DNA of 63,716 nucleotides, the filler included, from Lenisia limosa (taxonomy: Eukaryota > Protista > Breviatea), in NCBI GenBank assembly GCA_001655205.1. It is 11 parts of 11 records of this genome, joined end to end, with 100 filler letters (N's around TTAATTAATTAA, not from the genome) between each part and the next. Parts side by side here need not be neighbours in the genome. Positions count along the whole stretch, not along the records: positions 17,067 to 29,148 come from LPNZ01009989.1; positions 29,249 to 33,793 come from LPNZ01002064.1; positions 33,894 to 35,816 come from LPNZ01004625.1; 8 more parts are not named here. One strand, written 5' to 3'. Below the pieces are notes generated by a model. That model was not told the DNA's origin and searched no databases. It worked only from the letters and a program-made list of their open reading frames with translations. Positions within the stretch are counted from its first letter, which is position 1. Each line of letters opens with the position of its first letter. A program made the translations under genes and the position numbers. Below, one piece after another: positions 22,758 to 35,553 of this stretch.

Positions 22758-25700
22758 ATGCCGCCTCGGAGAAGAGCCCAGCTACCAAACAATGTTTCTG
22801 AGGAAGTTGCAGCTGACCCTGTGAGTGGGGTTAATGTGGACCATGTGGGTAGAATTCACATCAAGAATCAAGGAACTCCTACCCGACACAAGGCGGGAGG
22901 TTCTCAATTTCATATGCGTTAGCATCCTTGTCAGATGCATGATATGTAAATATTTCTTGGGTATTATGATTGCTGGCCTTTTAAAGGAATAAATGTAGCC
23001 TTTAATTCCACTTTTTCAGGTGAGGGCGGCAGCAGCAGCGACAGCAGCGTACTTGGCAAGACATGGCCATCTCCCCAACGAAACCGATAAAGTGGGCAGC
23101 ACTTGGAGATTTAAAAAGTGTTGTGCGGAAAATTAACATGCTGTCACAGTATTTCTGGTTTCAGTTCCATGTCCTAACTTTATTTCTCAGACACCCCGAT
23201 CATCAACACCCACAACACCGAATAGCCCAACCCCTGTATCGCGAAGCTCGCCTGTTAGCCAGTTTCCAGATAACGTCGATGGTGGGGTGGGACACTCTGC
23301 ATCATTATCTTTTATAAATGTGATAGCTTGAATCTAATACCTTAGATGCCAGAGACCATGTGTCTACACTTCGTGATCGTGTTACTACTTTGGAAAGCTC
23401 ACTGGCCAATTTGGTGTACGGTGAAGGCAAACAGGACAAAGACCAGGGTGGTGTAAAGGTATGAATTGCAGTTATCGCAGGAGCTACTTTCATGGACTCT
23501 CTAATACAAAGCAATCAATATATAATTATAAATATGCTTCATGGAGCTTTTGTTGTTACATTCTGACTGAGAAATTAGGTTGTTGAGCATGGGTCTGGTC
23601 AAGAAGTGCTAATGCAAAAGCTAAAGGAAGAGCGTGTCAAAGCTGCTCGAATCGCTAGTCTTCAGGAAAGAGCAAGGGTAAGTGTAATGCGCCTATGGTT
23701 CAAATACGACTGGTGAAATATCATTTTCATTTGAGTGCTTACAATTCAGCAACAACGTGCCGAAAAAATTGAGGCAGAGATGATGGATAATTTATGCCAA
23801 ATCCGTGGGAGTTTTAATGTTGCACACAGTCTTGCCGCTTGTTAGGGGGTTGTTTTCTTTCGAACAAAGCTTCAATCTTTCCCTTATTGAACTCCCCAGT
23901 ATAATTCATATATATATATATAGTATTATTTGACTAATATCAGCCGGACCCACGTGCGTTGAGTCGACTTATTTCGGCCTTGGCCCTGCAGTTTGGACCG
24001 GGCGTGTCGGCACATTGGTCTGTACTATCACCGAAGAAGGCTCTTTTGGTATGGAGAGTTTCTCCCCCCTTTTTCCTATTGTAGTACTACATATGCCTTT
24101 TTAGAATGGATATGATACTTTCAATAACAAACACCAGTTTTTGTGGATTCGGATCTCAAACGGGACCTTCCACCACAGTCTGCAGTTCTTTCAATGTTCG
24201 AAACTGCCAAGGGTACATCCACTGCATCTATCAGTGATCTTGCTCGTTNNNNNNNNNNNNNNNNNNNNNNNNNNNNNNNNNNNNNNNNNNNNNNNNNNNN
24301 NNNNNNNNNNNNNNNNNNNNNNNNNNNNNNNNNNNNNNNNNNNNNNNNNNNNNNNNNNNNNNNNTACAAAGAGTTGTAAAGTAAATGATTGGGTGAATTC
24401 ATGTTTTACTCTTAAAACATCTCTAAACATGGTGATGGTGTCGGCTTGGGCTAGATACCACCTTGTTTTATTTCAACACATTTCACCTTGTACAGGATAT
24501 CCTCTCGTTTTTTTTTATTAGTCTATCCTAGAATTTTTTTATGGATTTTTCACAAGTCTATTTTTANNNNNNNNNNNNNNNNNNNNNNNNNNNNNNNNNN
24601 NNNNNNNNNNNNNNNNNNNNNNNNNNNNNNNNNNNNNNNNNNNNNNNNNNNNNNNNNNNNNNNNNNNNNNNNNNNNNNNNNNNNNNNNNNNNNNNNNNNN
24701 NNNNNNNNNNNNNNNNNNNNNNNNNNNNNNNNGAGATGACTATTACGATTTATTTTACCCTTGTAGTACATAAGGCCCCGCGGTTCTTCATAGGGTGTAG
24801 CAATGGGGAGGGTGTAGTGCTTACTGTTACTCCCAACACACATACTTCTTCTGTGAGTGGTGTTACGTTTGATTGGTGTTAAAGGTGTTTTCACTATATT
24901 TTTGCCACCCACAATGTCACACCCAGGCCAATGTGGTTATTGAGAGCCGTGCTACACTCCATATGTCAGCGGTCCGAGCATGTTGCTTTTCATCTATCCG
25001 ACAGAATATCGTAACAACAGCTTCCTGGGGTGGTGTCAAAGGGTGAGGGAAACTTTTATATGTCAGTTTCTTTGTACTTTGTAATACTGACCAATATAGC
25101 TTCACAATGTCCTTGAGACAGTCGTGGTCACATGACTGCCGTTCTATGTACCCAACCCAGGAGGTGAGCTTCTTCATTACGTGCCAATTCAATTTATCGG
25201 GAGAACATATTTTATTTCATATGATTAACTGTACATAGGGTGGATCGCTGAGGCACAGAAGGTCTCAGTATGACAACTCTGGTGTGGGTATGAGCATGAC
25301 CGCTGCTTCAGGAGACCCAATGGTGGGAAGAGAAATACTATTAATTGAGTTGTGTTTCCCGTATGGCACGATTTTATACAAAAACATATATCATATTAAT
25401 ATACGTTTTATATTTTCAATCTCAATGGGTTTTCACGTCGCTAGTAAATAACAAGTTCATTGATTCCAAAGTATTAGTCTTTGTTTTTACCCGATTAGCA
25501 AATATCGTCCACCCCCTCCTCCTTGTGCATGGATCTGCAACAATGTTGTGTGGTTGCAGGTACAGAAGGTGGCGCATTAATCCGCCTCGAAATTGAAGTG
25601 GTATGTCTTGTGGTGAAATACATATCATGTACCGCTCGATCCCATGATTATGCATCAGGCTGACGACCTTTTGTCTTTGCAGCGACTGCCTCGAGCCCTG

Positions 25701-28610
25701 CATTGTGATGCGTTTTTTATTGCCCAGGTTCGTTGCCATTGGTTTTGGGTTTTTTTTGTGTAGATTTGTACCACTGAAGGAAATGCTACTTTCATTTCAC
25801 AGTTGGAGAACCCTTCAGCAGGACTCCTTCTTGCCCCGACCCCCTTATTCCCTGATGGTAACATTCCCGCTAAATCTGAAGATACGGTGAGGGTGAGGAT
25901 TGCTGCTGATGATAAATAGTGTAATCAGGGGTTTTCTTTTGTTTGTTAGCTCGTGATTTGTATTTCTTTATGAACATAAATTTTGAATGAAATTTACTAT
26001 TTTTCAGAAATTGGATAACTTAGAATCCAAAGAACTGAATGTGGACTACCCAAGCAGTGGGACGGTAGCATTTCTTTTTTGCGTCTATCATTCTAGTTTG
26101 GTATCTGATATTCTCTGTGATATCTTTGAAAAAAGTTAACTTTTTAGCTGAAGCACCAGCTCAACATCTGATTCAAGAAGGTTGGGATCGAACCTTTGAA
26201 AAAACTTTCAATTCAATTGCTTTCTATTTTAATCCTTAGGAAATGATGCCAACATCGCAACACCAGGCCGTCATCCAACGCTTCATGGCCTTTCATCATC
26301 AACGCCTCTAGTGGTCACTGCTGTACAGTTGGAGGGTGTAATCCTCTTGTGGTTTTCTACAAAAACAAAACAGAAGGTGGAAATATTGTTATTACGGTTT
26401 TATCAGAGGAATCGCCCACTTCTATTGTCATATTCTGTTAGAATTTATTGACTCACTCAGGGTTATTCTCTCATGGCTGTCACAGCCAATAGTTATTGCG
26501 GCTTGCAGTGATGGAGCTATCAGAGTGGGTTCTTTACTTTTTGTTTATTTGGTAATATATTTGGGAAAACTCAGGGCGTTTCAAAGACTGTGGTATACCT
26601 TCCCTATTTGTCGTTTCCCTACAATGCTTACCTTGCAGTCAGCGCAGTTGGAACCGAATGGTGACGTTGTACACTACATGGCGGAGAAGGTCGAAGGAAG
26701 AAGCGGAGGTGAAAATGTAGGCAACGAGCTGATGGTTTTGGATTGTTCTGTCATATTTATTGGATATTTTTTTAAGTTAGTACGGGGTCTTGTACCAATG
26801 ATATCGCCCATCGTAAAGTTCCTGAATCGGGGTGAATATGTTTGGAATATGGATGCCGTATTCTGTTTTAGTGACTGTCTGAGTAGATTTTGGGGGGTGG
26901 ATGGGAGGCGGATGTTCGGTGGTGCTTGACGTGGGGGAACTGTGGTAGTTTAGCGTATGGGCTAGGTCGTTCCCAGTTTCCAAGTAGTGCAGCCTCACAA
27001 ATGGAGAGACCCAGGAATCAGTATTCTTGTTTCTCCTGTTTATGAAGTTGGGGTCTTCTTTCCTCTTATTTTTTAATTGTTTTTATTCTTTTATTACTCT
27101 TTCAGGCTGAAATTACAGCAATGTCTTGTAATTTAAGTGGCAAAGCACGGGTGGCTACGACTGTTGACAAACGGGGTCATATCAGGTAGGGGGGGGGGGN
27201 NNNNNNNNNNNNNNNNNNNNNNNNNNNNNNNNNNNNNNNNNNNNNNNNNNNNNNNNNNNNNNNNNNNNNNNNNNNNNNNNNNNNNNNNNNNNNNNNNNNN
27301 NNNNNNNNNNNNNNTTCACCTCAAAAAAAAAAAAAAATCTAATTTTACACAATTGTTAAAAAAAATAGCCCATAATACAAAATGAATACCGTTGGAATGC
27401 ACTGTTGGTCGACCTGTTCCGAGAATAAATGGTCGGGAAAAAACAAAAATATGGTTTGGGCAAAATTCTTGGGTACAATTCCATGTTACCTCCAAATAGA
27501 CTACATCACATGCAATAGCATTCTACATTTTTGTCTTCTTATAATCTTTATTGTCAACAGATTTTTAATGCTATATCCCACAGGTGCTGGGACTTGGAAT
27601 CCGGAACTTTGGTTGCAAAAACGCGTACCCCTGGTGTGGATAGCCTTACTGCTCTCAGTGTGGATGCTGGAGGAGGTAGAATCCTTGTAGCAGGTGGGGG
27701 GGGGGGGGNNNNNNNNNNNNNNNNNNNNNNNNNNNNNNNNNNNNNNNNNNNNNNNNNNNNNNNNNNNNNNNNNNNNNNNNNNNNNNNNNNNNNNNNNATT
27801 GAACGTTTTTGATGCGCGTCGTCTTTTGGCTTGGGTGGCGGCTGAACGAAGCTTGCTCAACAGACGAATATTTGCATCAGGTTGGGTGGGTGATCATCTT
27901 TTTTCTTTATAAATAATATTTTGGTAATCTCATTTTCTGATGTTTCTCTTATATTGTTCCAATGGACACTCACCAATGCAGATCGAGTGACAACCCACCA
28001 GAGTCTAGCGTCAAAAGCCGCCGCGAAGGCCGCCTTGGATTTCAGTGGGGGGAAAGGGAGTCAGTAATGCTTGGAAATACCCGTTTACACTTCCAGGGTT
28101 GCAACGAGAAAAAGGCGAGAGTGTCGGAATGTGGCAGCCAACTGAGTTCACTGAGAAGTACAATGCGGTATGGATTTGTGGTTATTGAGTTTGTCTCAGT
28201 GGCAGTTATTGACCACTTAGCCCCCTCCTGAAGTTGGATCCCCGCTAACAATGGCGCCATCGGAAGTTAACCCGCTTGAAAAATGTAAGGCAATCCGAAG
28301 GAGAAGAGTCAGTATATGCATATCATCATTTATGGTTTTAGCATGGTCACAAACTTCAAGTAAGTCACCCAAGCCTCCGTAAGTGGTGTTACAATTGTCT
28401 TTCTTTTTGTGCTTTATTAATTCCCTCTTCTAATTAAAGTAACTTGTACTGTGCTGTCACGAGTGTAGCACGCCACGCCCACCCATGATCGCCAGGTGAG
28501 GCGCTCAAAAGACAATGCTTACTTGTATTGCTTGCGGCAACTATCCACTAACTGCATTCAGAGCCTCTACGATTTCAGCATTTCGACAGTCTCGAAATCG
28601 TTCACATAGC
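22758..28610 (+). CDS. Large multi-exon WD40-repeat protein with an N-terminal low-complexity/coiled-coil region
   Basis: About 20 or more small GT-AG-bounded exons; spliced AEITAMSCNLSGKARVATTVDKRGHIR|CWDLESGTLVAKTRTPGVDSLTALSVDAGGGRILVA is a typical WD40 blade; start and end are approximate. Confidence 0.65.
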
Positions 28611-29440
28611 GTTTCAAGTGCCGGTGGGGTGGGGAAAAGCTGCTCAGTGTACTATTTGAATGAGAACATATACTAGATATATATTGTGGCACATTATTTG
28701 TAATATTCCAGTTTCACTCACAGAGGAAGCAGATGATCGACTAAGGGGGCAAAGTACAAGGTTCTAGTGTCTTTTCTATTTATTTATTTACCTGATTTCA
28801 CCAGGCACTCTTATCTGAAACTCAAATAGATAATCGGCCATTCATGATAAATACTGGGGGCACGCAGAGATTAACGTTACACTATAATTCTTTTATCAGC
28901 GTGATTGTGGACAGCTTACAACCTTGCTTTAGTTCTCCTCTTAGGAAACAAGTAAATTACATAAAATACCCCAACCATATCAAACCATAAAAACATACCT
29001 CTTCTATCATTTCTCAACAACCAGCTTCTTTTGAGGAAGTTTTTGAGTTAGAGGGCAAACTTATGAGAATGAAGCCAACCACTACCAGGCCCGCACCGCA
29101 CCTGGGTTTAATCAGTGGAGGAAATCTGGTTAGTGGAAATTTTTGGGANNNNNNNNNNNNNNNNNNNNNNNNNNNNNNNNNNNNNNNNNNNNTTAATTAA
29201 TTAANNNNNNNNNNNNNNNNNNNNNNNNNNNNNNNNNNNNNNNNNNNNGGTATCCTCCACCTTTCCACTTTGAGGGGTACGGAACTAGTTTTATTTCGGT
29301 GCAATAAAAAACAATTGTATTGTTGCTGATGTGGCACTTTATGTTTCCCTGTTGTAGTTTCTTGTCCAAAAACTATCCAAATCAGAGTTATGTTATGTTT
29401 ACACACTCCCACTTCAGCGCATTGGGGTATTCTTCTGAAA

Positions 29441-29594
29441 AAGTTGGGATTTCCATTAATAATATCAATGAGATGGCCGAAGCCATTCACACCATCACGC
29501 TTATAAGAGATTATAGTAATATATGGGAATCCCATATAATTTATGGAAATCTGATGTATTTATGAGATCCCAAATACAACAGGAATCCCAAGTT
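29441..29594. repeat. Possible inverted-repeat element (family G) enclosing a reverse family C copy (29470-29512)
   Basis: AAGTTGGGATTTCC (29441) and GGAATCCCAAGTT (29582) in inverted orientation; GGGAATCCCAAGT also at about 15871 and 35391. Confidence 0.4.
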
Positions 29595-29730
29595 GATGCG
29601 CCTGAGTGGAGCGTTTAAGGTTAGACTTCTGCGAGCAGAGGGGTGAAAAATATGGTACAAATACATAAGCCACAAGACAAAATAACAGACAATAGCACAA
29701 ACATAACAGGAAAAGACACCCCAACGTGGA

Positions 29731-32700
29731 TTAGTATAGAATGACGCCAGCGCTCATATCGCCAGTGGTGGTCATGGTGGTGGAGTCGAAGGAGCTGAAC
29801 TCGGATTTTGAGGCTGATTGCTGCATCAAACCAATCGCGTTGATGGGGTTTCGAACCTACCATGTTAGTGGTCTAGAGAAAGGCATTATTGAGGGCTCCA
29901 TTATGTGATAGATCTGTGACTTGGGCTTCAATATTACTTTACACAATGTATTCATCAACAGATCTCCTCCTTATCCTGGGTATTCGCTCACCTCCATTGC
30001 GGCCGAAGCGATGAAAACCAAAACGTTACACAAAAGCAGAACAAGAACAAATGCCGTTGCAAGCTGGGGATAAGGGAATATCTGATTGAATTGAAAAGAG
30101 GATAATTGGATTGCAAGATACAGTGGGTTGCCAGAGTTGAATAAATGGAATGCTTGGGTTGAAAAGAGAGTGGGGTGAGTGGGGGCAATATCTGGTTCTT
30201 GTCACATTTTTTTAAATATGGTTTCGATAATTTTCCATTTACCCCCCCCCCCCCNNNNNNNNNNNNNNNNNNNNNNNNNNNNNNNNNNNNNNNNNNNNNN
30301 NNNNNNNNNNNNNNNNNNNNNNNNNNNNNCTAACCCACCAGCAAGGGTCAAAACACTACAGAGTCACAGAACAATATGGAAATATGTCAGAAAGTCAGGT
30401 TAGTGTTGAGAGCCCCCTCCATTTTTCTTTTTCTTTTTCATTTTTTTTTCTTTTTGGAATTCATAACAGAGAAGATAGCCGCTACTTCCTCTCATACTTA
30501 GGGCTTCCATACGGTCCGAAAAAGACATGTAAAATGTCGATATTTATCGAGGATTTATCGACAAATACAGACCGGAATCCCTACTCACACTACACTACCA
30601 AAAAGGAAACAGAAATTCGCATAAAATGGGACCCTTTCTTACCAGACAGAGAGGGATAGTGACTCGAGTTTATTCAAGGACTCAACAATATAGGGCTTCT
30701 GCGACGACTGCAATGAGCTTGCTGCCACCAATGTCACCAAAGAGACCGTGATCTGTTGTGGTGAAGCGGGATACAGGGAAGTGATCTGTTGTGATTAAGG
30801 GGTTAATGTGTGAGCAATTTTATTTCTCATTTCGACATAAAGGGGGGGCCCAATGTCTGAGTTTTTATTCCCAGATTGTATTGAATGCACAGTGAACGAG
30901 GTAAATCGTCACAGATTTTCCTTGGGAAGTCATATTGCAAATCGGTCAAGATTTTGGTGTTAGGAATAGATCAGATTTCAACTTAGACCCTCCAGAATTC
31001 CGAATAAAAAACAAAAACAAAAAAAAAAACAAAACAATTGAATTTCCGTTGATATTCAAAAAGAGCCACCTCCCTCCCACCTGGAGGGTAGACGAGTGGT
31101 TGAAGATGAGGAGGGCACAGACTAGGCCAACACCACGCATCATCACAACACATTCCCAGAACCAGTGTTCCAGGTTGAACCGCGTGTAGAGAACTCCAAC
31201 ACTGGGGGGGGGGGTGAACAAATATGTGAAATAGGCTCAGCAATTTGAAGAGAAATATTGTGATTTTTTTGAGAAAAGCAATATTTTGCTATATAGTCAT
31301 AATTATGTTTGTCCCTCCTTTATCAAGGATTTTTATGGAAATTTGGAAAGAAATATTGAGAAAGTAGTACTGCTGGAGAAAAGAAATATTTTGTTAAAAT
31401 ATGTTCGGTCCTCCTTTATCAATGATTTTGATGGTACTAAAAACAGTCAGAAAGTAATTGAGAAGTTAATTGAGAAATTTGAAGTGAGGCAGATGTAATC
31501 AGCTTTTTCATACATTTCAATTTCCAATCATTTCTTGAAAGCAACTTCAACCAGTCCTAATTAGAAGGTTCCGTTCAAATTGAGGGAAAAATAATGGATA
31601 AATTTGTAATTGAAGCGTAAGAAAACATCCTGTCCTATTTCAAATTTTGTAGAATTTCAAAATTAATTGTTCATGATAAGATAAGTCCAGAGTAAGTCCC
31701 CCCCCCCTTACGTTTCCAAAACCGAGTCATCCAGCAGCTCATTGCGGTGCTTAGCGACCACGACCAGCACCAGGCACGGAATTCCAACGACAAAGCAGAC
31801 AAGGCCCATAACGGCACGGGGCATCATGTCGTAATGTTCGCTGCCCCAGCATTCAATGGAGGGCTCTGGTTCATGAGATCACGCAGCGGAATGCCCAATA
31901 ATGGGTTGCTTCATTCTTACAACACAGTTTTTAGTTCTTGCAGCCCCTCACGTGCATTGAGTGTTGATACGCCATGTCCCTGGTCAGTGCACGAGAAGGC
32001 TCGGAGGACCACGAATGACAGGGGGAGGTGCAGGAGAATGCCCAGGGATAACAGGGTTCGCACCAATGCACGGCTGTGGGATATTAATTGGAATGATGGC
32101 GGAATAATGATTGATATCTTAGAGTGTTACTTTTGGATCATTTTCACATTCTCGTAATGTTAACTCTTATTTTTCACACATTGAGAATATCTCATATCCG
32201 CGTATGATAATAAACAGAAAGTTGAATGAAACTCTGATACACTCGGAATAAAACCTCATGCTATCTCGTTCATTATTGCAACTAGAAAGTTCGTCATATC
32301 GATATAATACAATATTTTCTACTTGATATGGTACTGTACTTTTTTTGTTCTCAATAAAGCTTACTTGAGAGCCTGTGCCGATGTCGTGTAGGTGTCAACT
32401 GAACTATATGACAAGGTATCGTGAAATCACATCAAGGTCATAAGTGGATGGATAAGACAATTACATCCTTTTAGCCAAAAAAAGTCCCGGTTTCTGAACC
32501 CTTCAGGGAATCTTTTCCACTTTTCTATTACAAACAAGTATGTTTAAGGCAAAAACGCCTCATAGGTCATTGATACTGAGAATATATAATAATCCTCACA
32601 GCGCAGAGAAAGAAAAGATACGAGAATGTGGAAAGAATAAAAGACCCCATACCTGGCTCGGGAACCAAATTGAAGACTTTGAAAACCAAATAGGCAACAC

Positions 32701-33735
32701 ATGCAACTAATGCAAGACAGACGGGGAGAAGAATCTACAGAATGACGTAGGAAAAGCACAAAGCCTAAGAAAATGATACAATTTCTCATACCGAAAAAAG
32801 CAGAATTGTGCTGTAGCCAAGTTGTCTGTCTAATGAACATTCTGGAGAGGAAACCTATTTCGTCAAGATATTTAGTATACTATAGAGATGAGAAAAGGAA
32901 AATCTGGACGAAGCTGTCCACACCACCGCGCTTAAAAGCTAGTTATTCCCATATTTTCCAGATTTATTACCAGGTAACTCTATCATGTTCACGGGAAACA
33001 TAAATAAAATTTATCATTCGTAAAAGCTCAGAAGATATTCATAAAGCTGAATAATAAGTTCCCTCATTCTTCAGTCTCAGTCGAGCATTTTGTTCCTTCA
33101 TTGGCATTTGAACCTCAACCTCAAAAAGTTTCACAGTTTACACCCCACCCAAAAAAAAACTTGGAATTACCCCCCCCCCNNNNNNNNNNNNNNNNNNNNN
33201 NNNNNNNAGTCGGCCAGGAAACCTCGAACTCCGCATACAACGCGGACGCCTGTCCGGTTAGATGTAATGCTGGAAAAGGAAAGAAGAGCAATGGATAAGC
33301 TGTAATATGAAAGAAGATTCCATATAAGGAAAGAAGTGTTACGAATTTCACGTATAAGGAAAGGAGAATAATGGAAAATAAAAAAGAGAAGATTTCTAAT
33401 AATTCCAGAAAAACAGCAACAAACCTGCAAGAAGGAAACCAGAATTCTGAGACTAGCCCATCTTGAAGAAACGGTTGGTCGAACTGACAAGGCGAAAATA
33501 ACCTGATAGTCAAACAAACTTGCCTAAAATGGCAACTTACCATAACGAGAAGGGCAGCCATGATCGCCATGAGTGGAAGCAACAACTTGCCCCACGACGC
33601 GCACGCAATGCAGGTTTCACGTAATCGGTAGAAGCCATCCTCACAGTCGCCGCATACGAAGCCGTGATATCCGTCGTAGCATCCGCCACCCCTCATGCAT
33701 GCGCCGCCGTAGGGACAGGAAACATACGTGCCGTT
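29731..33735 (-). CDS. Cys-rich ectodomain plus multi-pass (about 7 TM) membrane protein, 5'-truncated
   Basis: Exons NGTYVSCPYGGACMRGGGCYDGYHGFVCGDCEDGFYRLRETCIAC; ECSLDRQLGYSTILLFS|ILLPVCLALV; LHLPLSFVVLRAFSC; PSIECWGSEHYDMMPRAVMGLVCFVVGIP; VGVLYTRFNLEHWFWECVVMMR; terminal exon ending TAA at 29731-29733; pattern typical of protist EGF/TNFR-like Cys-rich multi-TM proteins. Confidence 0.8.
30501..30581. mobile_element. MITE family A, right arm internally deleted, intronic
   Basis: TA-GGGCTTCCATACGGTCCGAAAAAGAC..ATCGAGGATTTATCGA..GGAATCCC-TA. Confidence 0.75.
32191..32303. repeat. Dispersed repeat family F, intronic copy
   Basis: CTCATATCCGCGTATGATAAT..CTCTGATACACTCGG..CTATCTCGTTCATTATTGCAACTAGAAAGTTCGTCATAT aligns with 4695-4810. 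Confidence 0.6.
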
Positions 33736-33970
33736 CTGGAGGTCAGGTTATGACTGCTAAAAAAGAAGGACTGCCATTCAAGGAAGGTTTGCCNNNNNNN
33801 NNNNNNNNNNNNNNNNNNNNNNNNNNNNNNNNNNNNNTTAATTAATTAANNNNNNNNNNNNNNNNNNNNNNNNNNNNNNNNNNNNNNNNNNNNTTTCAGA
33901 AAAGCGGTCGCGGTTATGTTACAGGTCGCGGTCGTGTGCACTCACCTATGTAGTATTATGAATAATATTA

Positions 33971-34247
33971 GGGCTTCACTTCGGTTCGAAAAAAGGACTG
34001 AATTTCTCAATAAATCCTCCCAAAATTTCCAATATTTTACCGTTTTTTTCGACCGAAATGAATTTTAAATCCAGTCTTTTTCGAGACGAGTGAAGTCCTT
34101 GTTCTGACACCACCCTTGATTTTGGGCCTTGTTTGTTTCATGAATCTTCCTACTCCTCTCCTCCAGAGCTAGCAGTGTATTATATATCGGGAGTTTTTGG
34201 AGGATTTATCGAGAAATTCAGTCCTTTTTTCGAACCGAAGTGAAGCC
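33971..34247. mobile_element. Composite of MITE A sequences forming a 277-bp long-arm palindrome
   Basis: 33972-34025 is the near-perfect reverse complement of 34195-34247. Confidence 0.75.
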
Positions 34248-34815
34248 TAATATTCATACATGTAATTACACTTTACCCCCCCCCCCGGCCTGGGCTTTNN
34301 NNNNNNNNNNNNNNNNNNNNNNNNNNNNNNNNNNNNNNNNNNNNNNNNNNNNNNNNNNNNNNNNNNNNNNNNNNNNNNNNNNNNNNNNNNNNNNNNNNNN
34401 NNNNNNNNNNNNNNNNNNNNNNNNNNNNNNNNNNNNNNNNNNNNNNNNNNNNNNNNNTTACTCCCACAGGTACTAGCGAGGTATTCTCAGGTATTCCGCC
34501 TTTTGTTCTCCTTCAAACGAGCCAAAAGAGCCCTTGATAATTCCTCGTGGGGAGGGGGTTAAATCGTGTTTTGAGTTTTGTTTTGTAATTTTTTGGGGGA
34601 TTATTGGTCATTTGTCACCACATTTCCAGTGTATGTATACTCACATTGTCACCTCCAAATTTTGTTGTGTTCAGTCGAGTTTAATTCACGGATAGTATTC
34701 AATTCACGGATTTAGGATGTTGCTTCGCCGCCACCCCTTCAGGAACAACCCAGATTGTGGGTGATTGCTTGGATTAGTTTTTTTGAAAGAAAAAAATAGT
34801 ACTTTCTTGGGATTA

Positions 34816-34908
34816 GGGTTTCACTTTGGTCACAAAAAACCGATACAATATCGATAGTTATCGATGATTTATCGAGAATTCAGTCTTTTTTGTCACGAAG
34901 TGAAGCCT
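34816..34908. mobile_element. MITE family A, full-length copy
   Basis: TA-GGGTTTCACTTTGGTCACAAAAAA ... GTCTTTTTTGTCACGAAGTGAAGCCT-TA. Confidence 0.8.
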
Positions 34909-35417
34909 TAATTGGTGTGTTTGAGTGTAGTGTGGGTCTTTGTTTTTGTTTTTAGCCTTTGTGTTTTCCCCAAAAGTTAAGCCATCACTGTCTATTACCC
35001 CCCCCCCCCCNNNNNNNNNNNNNNNNNNNNNNNNNNNNNNNNNNNNNNNNNNNNNNNNNNNNNNNNNNNNNNNNNNNNNNNNNNNNNNNNNNNNTCACAC
35101 TGTGGTGTCTGCTCTGGACTTCTACTTTCATGTTTGGAGGGGGATTGCTTTCCTTTTTTCTTCATGTTCATCATTATCGTTTGCACTTATGATTTTGAGA
35201 CTTTTTTGGGACAAAAGATGGTGAGAGAATAGTGTATTTCATTATATCAAACAATTCTGTACTCACCACATATTTTGAAGCATCTTTTGAGATCGATATA
35301 AGTTGGTATTGTGACTATTATGAAAATATATCCATCATTTATGAATAACTGGATTCATATTTAATAATATGAGATTTCAATATACCACATGGGAATCCCA
35401 AGTCAAAGCAATAATTA

Positions 35418-35553
35418 GGACTCGGTGCAATTATTTGAAAAAAATAATTGCACAGATTGAAGTGTGACATATTGTCATTGGAACTCTATTTCAGACACTT
35501 TAATTTCAAATTTTGTCAATTAATTTCTTCAAAAAATTAATTGCCTGGAATCC
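35418..35553. mobile_element. MITE family E (136 bp)
   Basis: TA-GGACTCGGTGCAATTA ... TAATTGCCTGGAATCC-TA; internal TTGAAGTGTGACATATTGT..ATTTCAGACACTTTAATTTCAAATTTTGTCAATT shared with 39143 and 59716. Confidence 0.85.
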
